The notes under the pieces are model-generated. The model did not search any database and was not told where the DNA came from. It saw only the letters and a list, made by a program, of their open reading frames with translations. From positions 20,854,534-20,918,533 of the forward strand of contig CM120644.1 of NCBI GenBank assembly GCA_051362555.1: 64,000 nt of DNA, written 5' to 3'. A program made the position numbers and the translations under genes. This stretch comes from Lingula anatina. Taxonomy: Eukaryota > Animalia > Brachiopoda. Positions 25,401-37,400 of the stretch are shown here, one piece after another (the first letter of the stretch is position 1; each line of letters opens with the position of its first letter).

Positions 25401-28400
25401 ACTGTAACAATTGTATAGATTTTTAATGATATAACTTGAAAACAACTTTGTATCAATATTTCTCAGATAAAAGGGGAACATGTTTGTGAACAGCTTTGTG
25501 GCAAAAGACTTAGCTGTGGACAACACATATGTGAGGAGCCTTGTCACCGTGGCAACTGTCCACCATGTTGGCATGTCAGTAAGTATGCTTCTATAATTAG
25601 TACGACATTTCTTCAAAACACTTAGAATGAGTAAATTTTGTTTAATAGAATTGTCATTTTTTCTGCAAAGTTTTATCATTTCAATTGTCATGATTTTTTT
25701 CAATTTACAAAATAGTAATAATAGTAAAGATAAGAAGTGGGAAAGGTTTTGCAATTTTATAAGTATTCTTAATAAAGAATATTAATATTTATTAATATTA
25801 ATATTAATATTTTTTTTCAAATAAATCATCAGTTTTTAGAAGTCTTAGATCAAGAATTGGTGTAAAGCAAAATCTACTTCCCCTGCCTGTTCATGATGTC
25901 ATCCTCAGGTCTCACAGTCATCAAAGTCCTTCAGTTTGATGTTGACCTGTATGAACCCTGATCTTGTGCTGCACTGTTTTCTAGGTTTTGATGAGTTGTG
26001 GTGCCAGTGTGGAGCTGAGGTGCAGTATCCTCCCATTCCCTGTGGAACCAAGCCACCAGAGTGCCGCAGGACATGTACCAGGCAGCATGACTGCCAACAT
26101 GAAGGTAATTCACCCAGGAGACTGATCTCTAATTTCAAATGTTTGTCTTCAGTATCAGATTTGAACTTGATATTATATTACTTAATTATTGATTTCAAAT
26201 CAGCTGTCAGTTTTAGTTTCCTGAGGAATTGTCAAAAACTTTAACTGACATTGACTTGTGCCACCTTGAAATGAGTCTCAAAAGAAATACATGTATTTAG
26301 TTTGCCACAGGCATTCTTATTTATATGCCATTTTTATGTACAGACACAGATGTGTCTGTACATATAGCCATCATCTGCGTCTGTCGTCGCCGTCGCCGTC
26401 GCCGTGCACTTTTACCGATAACACGATAAGTGGAAAACCATTTTACCTTTTGACTTGAAACTTGCAGAACTGATGAATATTCATAATACGCAGGTCAAGT
26501 TCGAAAATCAGCATGATCGGGTCACTTTTAGGGAATTTATGCTGTTTTTTCACTTTTTTCAGCATATATGCAGCACCGATAACACGATAAGTGGAAAACC
26601 ATTTTACCTTTTGACTTGAAACTTACAGAACTGATGAATATTCATAATACGCAGGTCAAGTTCGAAAATCAGCATGATCAGGTCACTTTTAGGGAATTTA
26701 TGCTGTTTTTTCACTTTTTTCAGCATATATGCAGCACCGATAACACGATAAGTGGAAAACCATTTGACCTTTTGACTTGAAACTTACAGAACTGATGAAT
26801 ATTCATAATACGCAGGTCAAGTTCGAAAATCAGCATGATCGGGTCACTTTTAGGGAATTTTAGTGTTTTTTCACTTTTTTCAGCATATATGCAGCACCGA
26901 TAACATGATAAGTGGAAAACCATTTTACCTTTTGACTTGAAACTTACAGAACTGATGAATATTCATAATACGCAGGTTAAGTTCGAAAATCAGCATGATT
27001 GGGTCACTTTTAGGGAATTTATGCTGTTTTTTCACTATTTTCAATATAAATGCAACACTGATAACACAATATAAGAAAAACGGATTGGCCAATTGTAATT
27101 ATACTCACAGGAGTGGTCAATCTTACTAAGACGCAGGTTGAGTTCAAAAATCAGCATAATCGGGCCATTATTTTAGAAGTTATACTGTTTTTTCACATTT
27201 CCTCAGATTCAATTATTAGGCATGTTAACAGTCTCATTATTTAACTAATAAGATGCCTAAAAGTGTTTGTTTGATATTTCCTGTATCTTTACAACATTGT
27301 TAGTTGATTATGTAAAAAACATGGTAAACTTGTTATCATGTATTGTGTAATAAAGTGTCAAAAATGGAAATAAACTCATATCATTGCAGTTTGTCAGATT
27401 CAATCATCCACTATGTTCAGAATCTCAGAATGGAGGAAATTGGACATTTAACACTGTTCTATTGATACTTTTCCCATCTCATCAATTTTCTTAGTTGGTC
27501 ATATAAAAATGGCAGTAAAATGTTTATTTTGTTTTATGTTAAAAAAGTGTTAAAAATGGAAATAAACCCATTTCAGAACAGTGCTGTCTTGTTTGCATTT
27601 TGGCATTTTCAAGGTGTGACTTTGAAGTTCCATGGGCCTGAAGACCTTTGCTAGTCACATTTTCTGAATATCTGTGATACAAATATTTTATAATTAAAAA
27701 TTGATGGTCATTAAGCTGTTAAACATTATGTAATATTGCATCAAAATTTGAAGAAACCCCTATTTTGGGCACTGCTCCCATGATGACCATTTAAGGAAAA
27801 TCATGTCACTTACTGTTCTCAAACTTACAGGAAAGAAACATGGGACTAAAATACAGCTTCAGTAGGCAATGCAGTCTGTTTGGTAATTTTTTCTGGCAGT
27901 TAAACAGTTTTTTGTGAAAATTTAATTTTTCACATATTGGCATTTTCAAGGTGTGACTTTAAAGTTCCATGATACTGAAGACTTTTGCTTGTCACATTTT
28001 CTGAATGTCTATGTTACTAATATTTTATTAATAACATTTGATTGTCATTATGCTGTTAAACATTATGTAATGTTGCATCAAAATTTGAAGAAACACCTAT
28101 TTTGGGCACTGCTTCCATGATGACCATTTAAGGAAAATCATGTCACTTACTGTTCTCAAACTTACAGGAAAGAAACATGGGACTAAAATACAGCTTCAGT
28201 AGGCAATGCAGTCTGTTTGGTATTTTTTTTTTTTTTTTTTTTTTTGGCAATTAAACAGTTTTTTGTGAAAATTTAATTTTTCACATATTGGCATTTTCAA
28301 GGTGTGACTTTAAAGTTCCATCATACTGAAGACTTTTGCTTGTCACATTTTCTGAATGTCTATGTTACTAATATTTTATTAATAACATTTGATTGTCATT

Positions 28401-31400
28401 ATGCTGTTAAACATTATGTAATGTTGCATCAAAATTTGAAGAAACCCCTATTTTGTGCACTGCTCCTATGATGACCATTTAAGGGAAATCATGTCACTTA
28501 CTGTTCTCAAACTTACAGGAAAGAAACATGGGTCTAACATACAGCTTCAATAGGCAACACAGTCTGTTTGGTAAAATTTTCTGGCAATTTAACAGTTTTT
28601 TGTGAAAATTTAATTTTTCACTTATTTGCATCTTTATTTCACTTTTCTCAGCATATATGCAGCACCGATAATACGATATGTGAAATACCATTTTACCTTT
28701 TGGCTTGAAACTTACAGAACTGATGAATATTCATAATACGCAGGTCAAGTTTGAAAAACAGCATGATAGAGCCACTTTTATGGAAGTTATGCTGTTTTTT
28801 CATTTTTTTAGCATATATACAACACTGATAATACAATATAAGAAAAACAGATAGGCAAATTGTCATTTTACTCACAAGAGTGGTCAATCTTACTAAAACA
28901 TAGGTTGAGTATGAAAATCAGCATAATCGGTCCATTATTTTAGAAGTTATGCTTTTTTTTTCACATTTCCTCAGATTCAATTCTTAGGCATGTTAATAGT
29001 CTCATTATTGAACTAATAAGATACATAAAAGTGTTTGTTTGACATTTCCTGCATCTTTACAACATTGTCAGTTGATTATGTAAAAATGATGGTAAATTTG
29101 TTATCACGTATTGTGTAATGAAGTGTCAAAACTGGAAATAAACACATATCATTGCAATTTGTCATATTCAATCATCCACTATGTTCAGAATCTTAGATGG
29201 AGGAAATTGGACATTTAACACTGTTCTATTGATATTTTCCCCATCTCATCAATTTTATTAGTTGGTCATATAAAAATGGCAGTTAATTGTTAATTTTGTT
29301 TTATGTTAAAAAAGTGTTAAAAATGGAAATAAACCCATTTCAGAAAAGTGCTGTCTTGTTTACATTTTGGCATTTTGAAGATGTGACTTTGAAGTTCCAT
29401 GGTCCTGAAGACCTTTGCTGGTCACATTTTCTGAATATCCATGATACTAATATTTTATTATTAAAAATTGATGGTCATTATGCTGTTAAACATTATGTAA
29501 TATTGCATCAAAATTTGAAGAAACCCCTATTTTGGGCACTGTTCCCATGATGATCATTTAAGGAAAATCATATCACTCACTGTTCTCAAACTTACAGGAA
29601 AGAAACATGGGACTAAAATATAGCTTCAGTAGGCAATGCAGTCTGTTTGGTAAATTTTTCTGGCAATTAAACAGTTTTTTGTGAAAATTTAATTATTCAT
29701 TTATTGGCATTTTCAAGGTGTGACTTAGAACCTCCACGGGCTTGAAGACCTTTGCTAGTCACATTTTCTGAATATCCATGATACTAATTTTATTATTAAA
29801 AATTGATGGTCATTATGCTGTTAAACATTATGTAATGTTGCATCAAAATAGAAGAAAACATAATTTTTGGTGTTGCTGCCATGATGACCATTATGGGAAA
29901 ATCATGTTACTTACGACTCAATCTTTCAAAAAAAGTTGGAAAAGCAGTCTAATTGGCTTCTTTTTCTGGAATTTATACATTTTAGTGAAATATTCATTAT
30001 TATCTTTTTGGCATATTCATTGTGGGACTCAGAACTCCCATGGACATGAGGCCGAATGGTAATCAAATTTTCTACATGTCCTTGCTATTCATAGTCAATA
30101 ATAAAAAATTGGTGATCATTATTCTATAAATTATTATGTAATGTTACATCAAAATTGACAAAAATATTTTTGTACTGCTTCTGCAAACATTATGGAAAGA
30201 AAACTGTGTTACTTATTATTATGTTTAACTTACAAGTATGATTTTTAGGATTGGCATGCAGTTCAAATTAGAAAGCCAGCTCAATTGGGTTATCATTTAT
30301 TATTGAATTTATGCAATTTTGTGTGAAATTTTCATTTTTCTCATTCTGGCTCTTTCTAATTGTAAATTTGAACTTTGATGGACCTGAAGCCTTATGCTTT
30401 TACTTTCGTCGTTGTTACCTGTTCTGCATAATTAAAATTTGATATTGACTGTGCAGTTAAACATAATGTACTATTGCATCAGAATTGGCAGTCTCCTATT
30501 TTTGTGCATTATTGTACCACCAGCGTAGGCGCTGGCGGTACCCATGGTTTTAGTCCCGACCCGTATGTTCCGCCGGCTCCGCCGGCTCCTGCGGCTCCTG
30601 CGGCTCCGCCGGCTCCGCCGCCAAGTCACCGTTACCGCTTCTCCTCCTAGACGGTAAGGGCCCCTGTACCCATCTCTTGGATTTAGGTCACCTATAATCT
30701 CAACTCGTTCCACGTAAAATTTGGGCTTTGTCGGTATTGGGGTCTAGGTGTGGCACTCATTGCAATGCACCCTTGTCTAAAAATGGCAAAATTAAATGCT
30801 AATTATCTACCCTACGGAAGGAGTTATGGGAAAAATTTCTACAGACAGCTTTCCAAAAGTCATATGTGTAGATTTCAAATATGCCCTTGGATTTGACCTT
30901 TGACCTTTATTTCAAGGTCAAACGGGCCAAAATTTTCAAAAAAATGAATTTTTTTACGAAAAAAATTTTTTTTGCCCTGTTATTCAGATACCACACAGAC
31001 TTAACCAATAATATTATTGGAAAGTGTAACCCTTCGGGTCATCTTTCATCTCCGTGAATTTGGGGTCAATCGGTGCATTTTCACGGGAGTAGCGGCCATA
31101 AAGTACCGAAACTGAAAACTGTCTCTAATTCGGGAACCGTTAATGCTAGAGACCCATTCTTTTTTGCATTTTGTAGAGCATGTAAAGCCCAACACTGGAG
31201 GTGGTCTCCATTTTTTTGTATTCCATACGGTTTTCAAGTTACGCTGTATCAAAAAGTACATATTGGTGGTGAAAGCAAAATGTGCAGTACGGTAATGGAT
31301 AATAAATTTTGAACTCTGGAAAAATAATACATAAGGCTTGGCAAAGCAGACAACTTGTGGTCAAAAATGACATTATTTCATCAAATTTGAACTTCTGGAA

Positions 31401-34400
31401 ATTCAGAGCACCTCCTATTTTAAGAATTTTGACCAAAATGATGTTTTCTTTATTTTAATTAATCTTTTCTGTAGGAAATTTATGGCACATTATGGTAACT
31501 CCAAAATTATAACATTTAGTCCCTTATATCTCCAAAACTGGCAGAGATAGGTCCATAGTTACTATTGAAGTTGAATAGGAAGTAACATACTGGCAATCCA
31601 AATGTGACCTTGAAATTGACCTTTGACCTACTTTTCACCATGAACTGAACTTTGCAAATTTTGCTTCCCTTTTATCTCCAAAACTGGCAGAGATAGGTCC
31701 ATAGTTACTATTGAACTTGAATGGGAAGTCTTATACTGGCAATCTAAATGTGACCTTTAAATTGACCTTTGACCTACTTTTCACCATGAACTGAACTTTG
31801 CAAATTTTGCTTCCCTTATATCTCCAAAACTGGCAGAGATAGGTCCATAGTTTTTATTGAACTTGAATGGGAAGTAATATACTGGCAATCTATATGTGAC
31901 CTTAAAATTGACCTTTGACCTATTTTTCACCATGAACTGAACTTTGCATATTTTGCTTCCCTTTTATCTCCAAAACTGGCAGAGATAGGTCCATAGTTTC
32001 TATTGAACTTGAATAGGAAGTCATATACTGGCAGTCTTAAAATGACCGTAAAATTGACATTTGACCTACTTTTCACCATGAACTGAACTTTGCAAATTTT
32101 GCTTCCCTTTTATCTCCAAAACTGGCAGAGATAGGTCCATAGTTACTATTGAACTTGAATAGGAAGTCATATACTGGCAATCTAAATGTGACCTTAAAAT
32201 TGACCTTTGACCTACTTTTCACCATGAACTGAACTTTACAAATTTTGCTTCCCTTTTATCTCTAAAACTGGGAGAGATAGGTCCATAGTTACTATTGAAC
32301 TTGAATAGGAAGTCATATACTGGCAATCTAAATGTGACCTTAAAATTGACCTTTGACCTACTTTTCACTATGAACTGAACTTTGCAAATTTTGCTTCCCT
32401 TTTATCTCTAAAGTTACACTGTATCAAAAAATACATATTGGTGGTGAAAGCAAAATGTGCAGTACGGTAATGGATAATAAATTTTGAACTCCGGAAAAAT
32501 AATACATAAGGCTTGGCAAAGCAGACAACTTGTGGTCAAAAATGACATTATTTCATCAAATTTGAACTTCTGGAACTTCAGAGCACCTCCTATTTTAAGA
32601 ATTTTGACCAAAATGATGTTTTCTTTATTTTAATTAATCTTTTCTGTAGGAAATTTATGGCACATTATGGTAACTCCAAAATTATAACATTTAGTCCCTT
32701 TTATCTGCAAAACTGGCAGAGATAGGTCCATAGATACTATTGAACTTGAATAGAAAGTCATATACTGGCAATCTTACTGTGACCTTGAAATTGACATTTG
32801 ACCTATTTTTCACCATGAACTGAACTTTGCAAATTTTGCTTCCCTTTTATCTCTAAAACTGGCAGAGATAGGTCCATAGTTACTATTGAACTTGAATAGG
32901 AAGTCATATACTGGCAATCTAAGTGTGACCTTGAAATTGACCTTTGATCTACTTATTATCATGAACTGAACTCTGCTAATTTCTTTCTCTTTTAACTCCA
33001 AACCTGGCAGAGATAGGTCCATAGTTACTATTGAACTTGAATAGGAAGTCATATACTGGCAATTTACTGTGACCTTGAAAATGACCTTTCACCTACCTTA
33101 CGATGAACTTAAATTTGATTGTACCATTTTTAGTTTCATATATTTTTTGCATATATTGAAAATTCTTGTTGATTGCATGTTTACAGCTTGTCAAGCACAA
33201 GACTGGTGACTGTGTCCCTTATTTTGTGTATGTGGGGGTCTATACGAATGCGCTTGCTCCAGCTGGTGGTACAATATTCGGAGGCGGTATCGCCTCTCTG
33301 ATCCTCTAGTTGTTTTGTGCTTTTCTTAAGCTCTGTCTTATGGGACAAATTTGTGTGGTCAGTCTGTAAATTCCCCTTGGGTATTCACTAGGCTAAGTTT
33401 AGTGCTATAAACTCATTTGCCTGATTAAGTAGCCATTAAATGAGATTTCATAAATCACACTTGTTGATATTTCCCTGTAAACTCCCAAAGGTTAAGCTCT
33501 CTGCTAGATAACAGTGTCCATAATAAGGAAGCACTGAATAGCAGCTTCATTAGATTATATTTTTGTTGTTTTCTTTTTAATTTCTTCTCCAACACTGGCA
33601 TTTTTAAGATGTGACTTTCCCATCCACCTGAGGCTCTGCACAATTTCTGTATTTCCACGTAAGCAGTTGTATTGGTATTCATGTCTTTAAACACTAGTAA
33701 TATTATTTTATGCACTGTCATCATTTTTCTTATATTGGGACTTTCATCATGTGAATTTTAACTCTCATGGTCATGAAACTATAATCTTATTGAAGGGGTG
33801 GATTGAGACCATCTTCTGGGTCTCCTGGAAGACAGATTTTTTATATTGATGGGTATCTATTTTTTTCTTTTGGAAGACCATCAAAATGGAAGATGGATCA
33901 ATAAAGATACTTTAGAATACTGTCAAAAATATTTCTGGATCTGCTCCTGTTATTGACCATGTTCCCTGTTGTGCATAATGAAAAATCAGTGTTGACTGAC
34001 TGCTATTATAAGCATTATTTATTGTTGCATCAAAATTGACAAAATGACCTCTTTTGCATTTTTTTTTCTGTTTTTTGTCTGTACATTTGACAGCTTTGCT
34101 GCCTTGTTATATACAGACTCATTGTGTCTGAACATAGAGGCTTTATGTCCATGTGTGTCCATTGGTGGCCCATCTACCTGCCTGGGGTTTTCATGGTTAA
34201 TACAATTAAAGAAGACTCAGTTACTTGTTCTTGAAAAGAGATTAACTCAGTCTTAAAACCTTGAGCAATTTGAGTTTTAAAAATAGTTAGTTTGTTATAG
34301 TATCTGTTTTATCTGTTTTATTAATTATTAAGGGTATGTTATAGTAATATCTGTTTTATTAATAAATGACCTTGTTATTCCAGTGCGTCATTCCTGTCAC

Positions 34401-37400
34401 AGTGAAGACAAGTGTCCACCATGTGCTACTCTCACTGAGAAACTGTGTATGGGAGGTCATGAGGTATGGGGCAGCAGTTTTTCTTATTTAATCATGGTTT
34501 TACCAACAAATTCTGGAAATATCTAAGATTGTGTTTTCCTCACCTTTAGTTATTCATTGTCCAGGTGTAGTGGCTGAACACAATTTCACAGATTTCTGGT
34601 CCGCCTATCTTTCTCTCCAAAACCATTAAAGACATTCTCAGTGGGTTAAACCCTTAATATAGCAATAAAGTGAATTTTCCTGGAAACCTCACCAGTTTTC
34701 CCATAAAGGCCAAGGTATATCCTATCCAAAACCGTTGAAAAAATGAAGCTACCTAAAAGTGTCATTAATTTATTTAAAGGACAACTCAGTGGGTTAGATT
34801 AATGTATAGAAGCAGGTTCTATGTAAAACTTTGATCAGATTTGTGTTTTGGGAGATTGTTAATCATTATATGAATAAGTCTGGGTCACAAAAGTCCTGTT
34901 AAGACAACTAGAATAAAGAATTAGAAAACGAAAACTATTTATCATGATTTCGGAGCACAGCCAGAAGTACTTCCGGCTCCAGGTCACGACCTCGATTTTC
35001 CCACGCTTACGACCAATCACAGCAGGCTTCAGTCAGAATGAGATAGACGTCACGACTACACAGCGAAACTTGTCAGACATGTAAGTGCCGCCTGTCCATC
35101 TTTTCGGTACATGTACCGATCAAAAACAGAAAACGTAAAGCCCAAAACGCTCTTATACACGTAACCAACTTTGTATGAGCACAAATATTGTCATTTATTG
35201 TGAACAGGATAATATGATAATCAGACACACTTGAGACCTGTGAAGCGCATACTCACGTGTCGAGGAGTAGTTTCGCCATTGCCTCGTATGTGAGTCCTAA
35301 CTCAGCTTTAAATGTCCTCCACATCCCCACCTCCCTCCCAACATACACAGTCTGAGTGCTTCTTCGTCTGTCTCTAATTTTATTTCGTATCTTTCGAACT
35401 GGAGTGGCTATTTTCTTTCGCCCCCTTTTGTCTCGTCAGACTTGACGTGCGTCTGAGCCATGTTTGCTGTTTTGGCGCCAAATAGTAACATCCGGGTCTC
35501 AGCCGTAGTACTTCATTCATAGTGAAGCGCGAGACTTAGCGAGAAATTGCGCGTTCTGAAGCCGTACTGTGAGGTGGTCGCTGAGTATTTAAGACGAGTC
35601 GTCTTTTATTATTTAATGGAACTTAAAAACGGTATTAGGTAGCTTCATTTTCTGAACGGTTTTGGATAGGATATACCTTGGTCATTATGGGGAAATTGGT
35701 GAGTTTATCAGGAAAATTCATTTTCGTGCTATTTTAAGGGTCTAACGCGCTGAGACTGTCTTTAAGACGACTCGTCTTAAATACTCAGCTACCATCTTAC
35801 GTACAGTACAGCTTCAGAACGAGCAATTTCTCTCTAAGTCTTGCTGTTTACTCTGAATGAAATACTACAGCTGGGACCCGGATGTTACTATTTGGCACAG
35901 AGATAGCCAAGATGGAGATGCAGGAAAAGTATTGCAACCGTGACAAAAGTGGTAGAAAAAATGTATATACTACTGTTCTCTAATTACGGAAACTGGAGAA
36001 TCTGGCAAAAAACTACCCATACAGTCTATATTGGTAGTAAGGTGGGCCGCTGGAAGAAGCTGAAAAAATTTAATGTCAAGTTTGAGGCAGACGCAAAACT
36101 TCTCCTCGGCACGTGAGTAGGCCTATATGCTAAACAAGTCTCAAGTTTATGCATGGCTATTATTTCAGCCCGTTTACTATGTTTCTAGCCATACTAAGTT
36201 AGTAACAAGGTGAATTTCGATCTTCATGTTTTCTGGATTTGTTTTGTGTGGGATCTACAGGCGATAATTATCCAGACGGTACTTACTTTTCTGACAAACT
36301 TGCACTGCATTGTGACGTCAGTATCATCACCTATGTTATGACTGAACCCTGCTGTGATCGGTCGTGAGCGTGGGAAAATCCAGGTAGTGACCTTGAGCTG
36401 GAAATACTTCCTGTTGTGCTCCAAAATCATGATAAATAGTTTTCGTTTTCTAATTTTTTATTCTAGTTGTTTTAGCAGAATTTTTTTGACCCAAACTGAT
36501 TAAGATAATAAACAATCTTCCAAAACACAAATCTGATCAAAGTTTTACGTAGAACCTGCTCCTATACATTAATCAAACCCACTGAGAGTGTCTTCAAATA
36601 TTTTGTTTTTCATTAAATTTTGTTGATATGTTGTTTATGATTGAAGTCAGAGCAGATTTGACAGGGGCTGCAACTGTGGAAAACAGTTCTGTACTAAATC
36701 TAAATAAAATTAAACTCTGACCCAAGATTAGGTGAACACACAAAGCAAGATTTCTGATCTCAATGACATTTTTCCTCTGGGACATCAAAGGTTTTGTCTG
36801 TATGACAAAGTTTTCTTTGGTTTTATGGTGACAATGCCTATATCTTTCCACACTGTCCTGACATAGACTTATACTTTTCATTTTATTCACTCTTTTATTC
36901 TATTTTCAGCTACGTAAAAACATCCCCTGTCACTTGACGGACATCTCGTGTGGATTGAGGTGTAACAAGGAGCTGCCCTGTGGAAGACACAAATGTCAGC
37001 TGCTGTGTCACAAGGTAAGCTGGACAGGGGCTGCCCTGTATGGACTGCAGTTTGGGGTCACTCTCTTTGTTTTAGGTGTGATATCTCGTTGAAAGAAGAA
37101 TGTCATTAAGTGACATGGGTTATTTTTCAACAAAGTTCAACTCGATTGCAATCATATTTTACTACATATTTGTGATGATTCCATTAAATCACTCAATATT
37201 GTCACCAATGAAGGGAGCCTGCCTCAAAGAAGGGGAGAGCTGCATCCAGCCGTGTCCTGAGTCTCGGCCAGTTTGCGGTCACCCTTGTAAAGCACCCTGC
37301 CACCAGATGGCCCCATGTCCACCTTCCACCTGTAAGGAAATGGTAAGTGGATCACTTCAGTGATACCTGCATCTGTCTCCCTCACCCTTGCCAGTAAATT

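Noticed and set aside
16052-30062. Recurrent similar ORFs ([13 protein letters not shown]..., [16 protein letters not shown]...) suggesting a gene family
   Set aside because: They are translations of the repeated internal units of the family A elements; frames are not preserved between copies and there are no Rep/helicase motifs.
30471-30713. RS-rich 80-aa ORF (SR- or protamine-like)
   Set aside because: Translation of the 9-bp microsatellite in the family B element 5' end.
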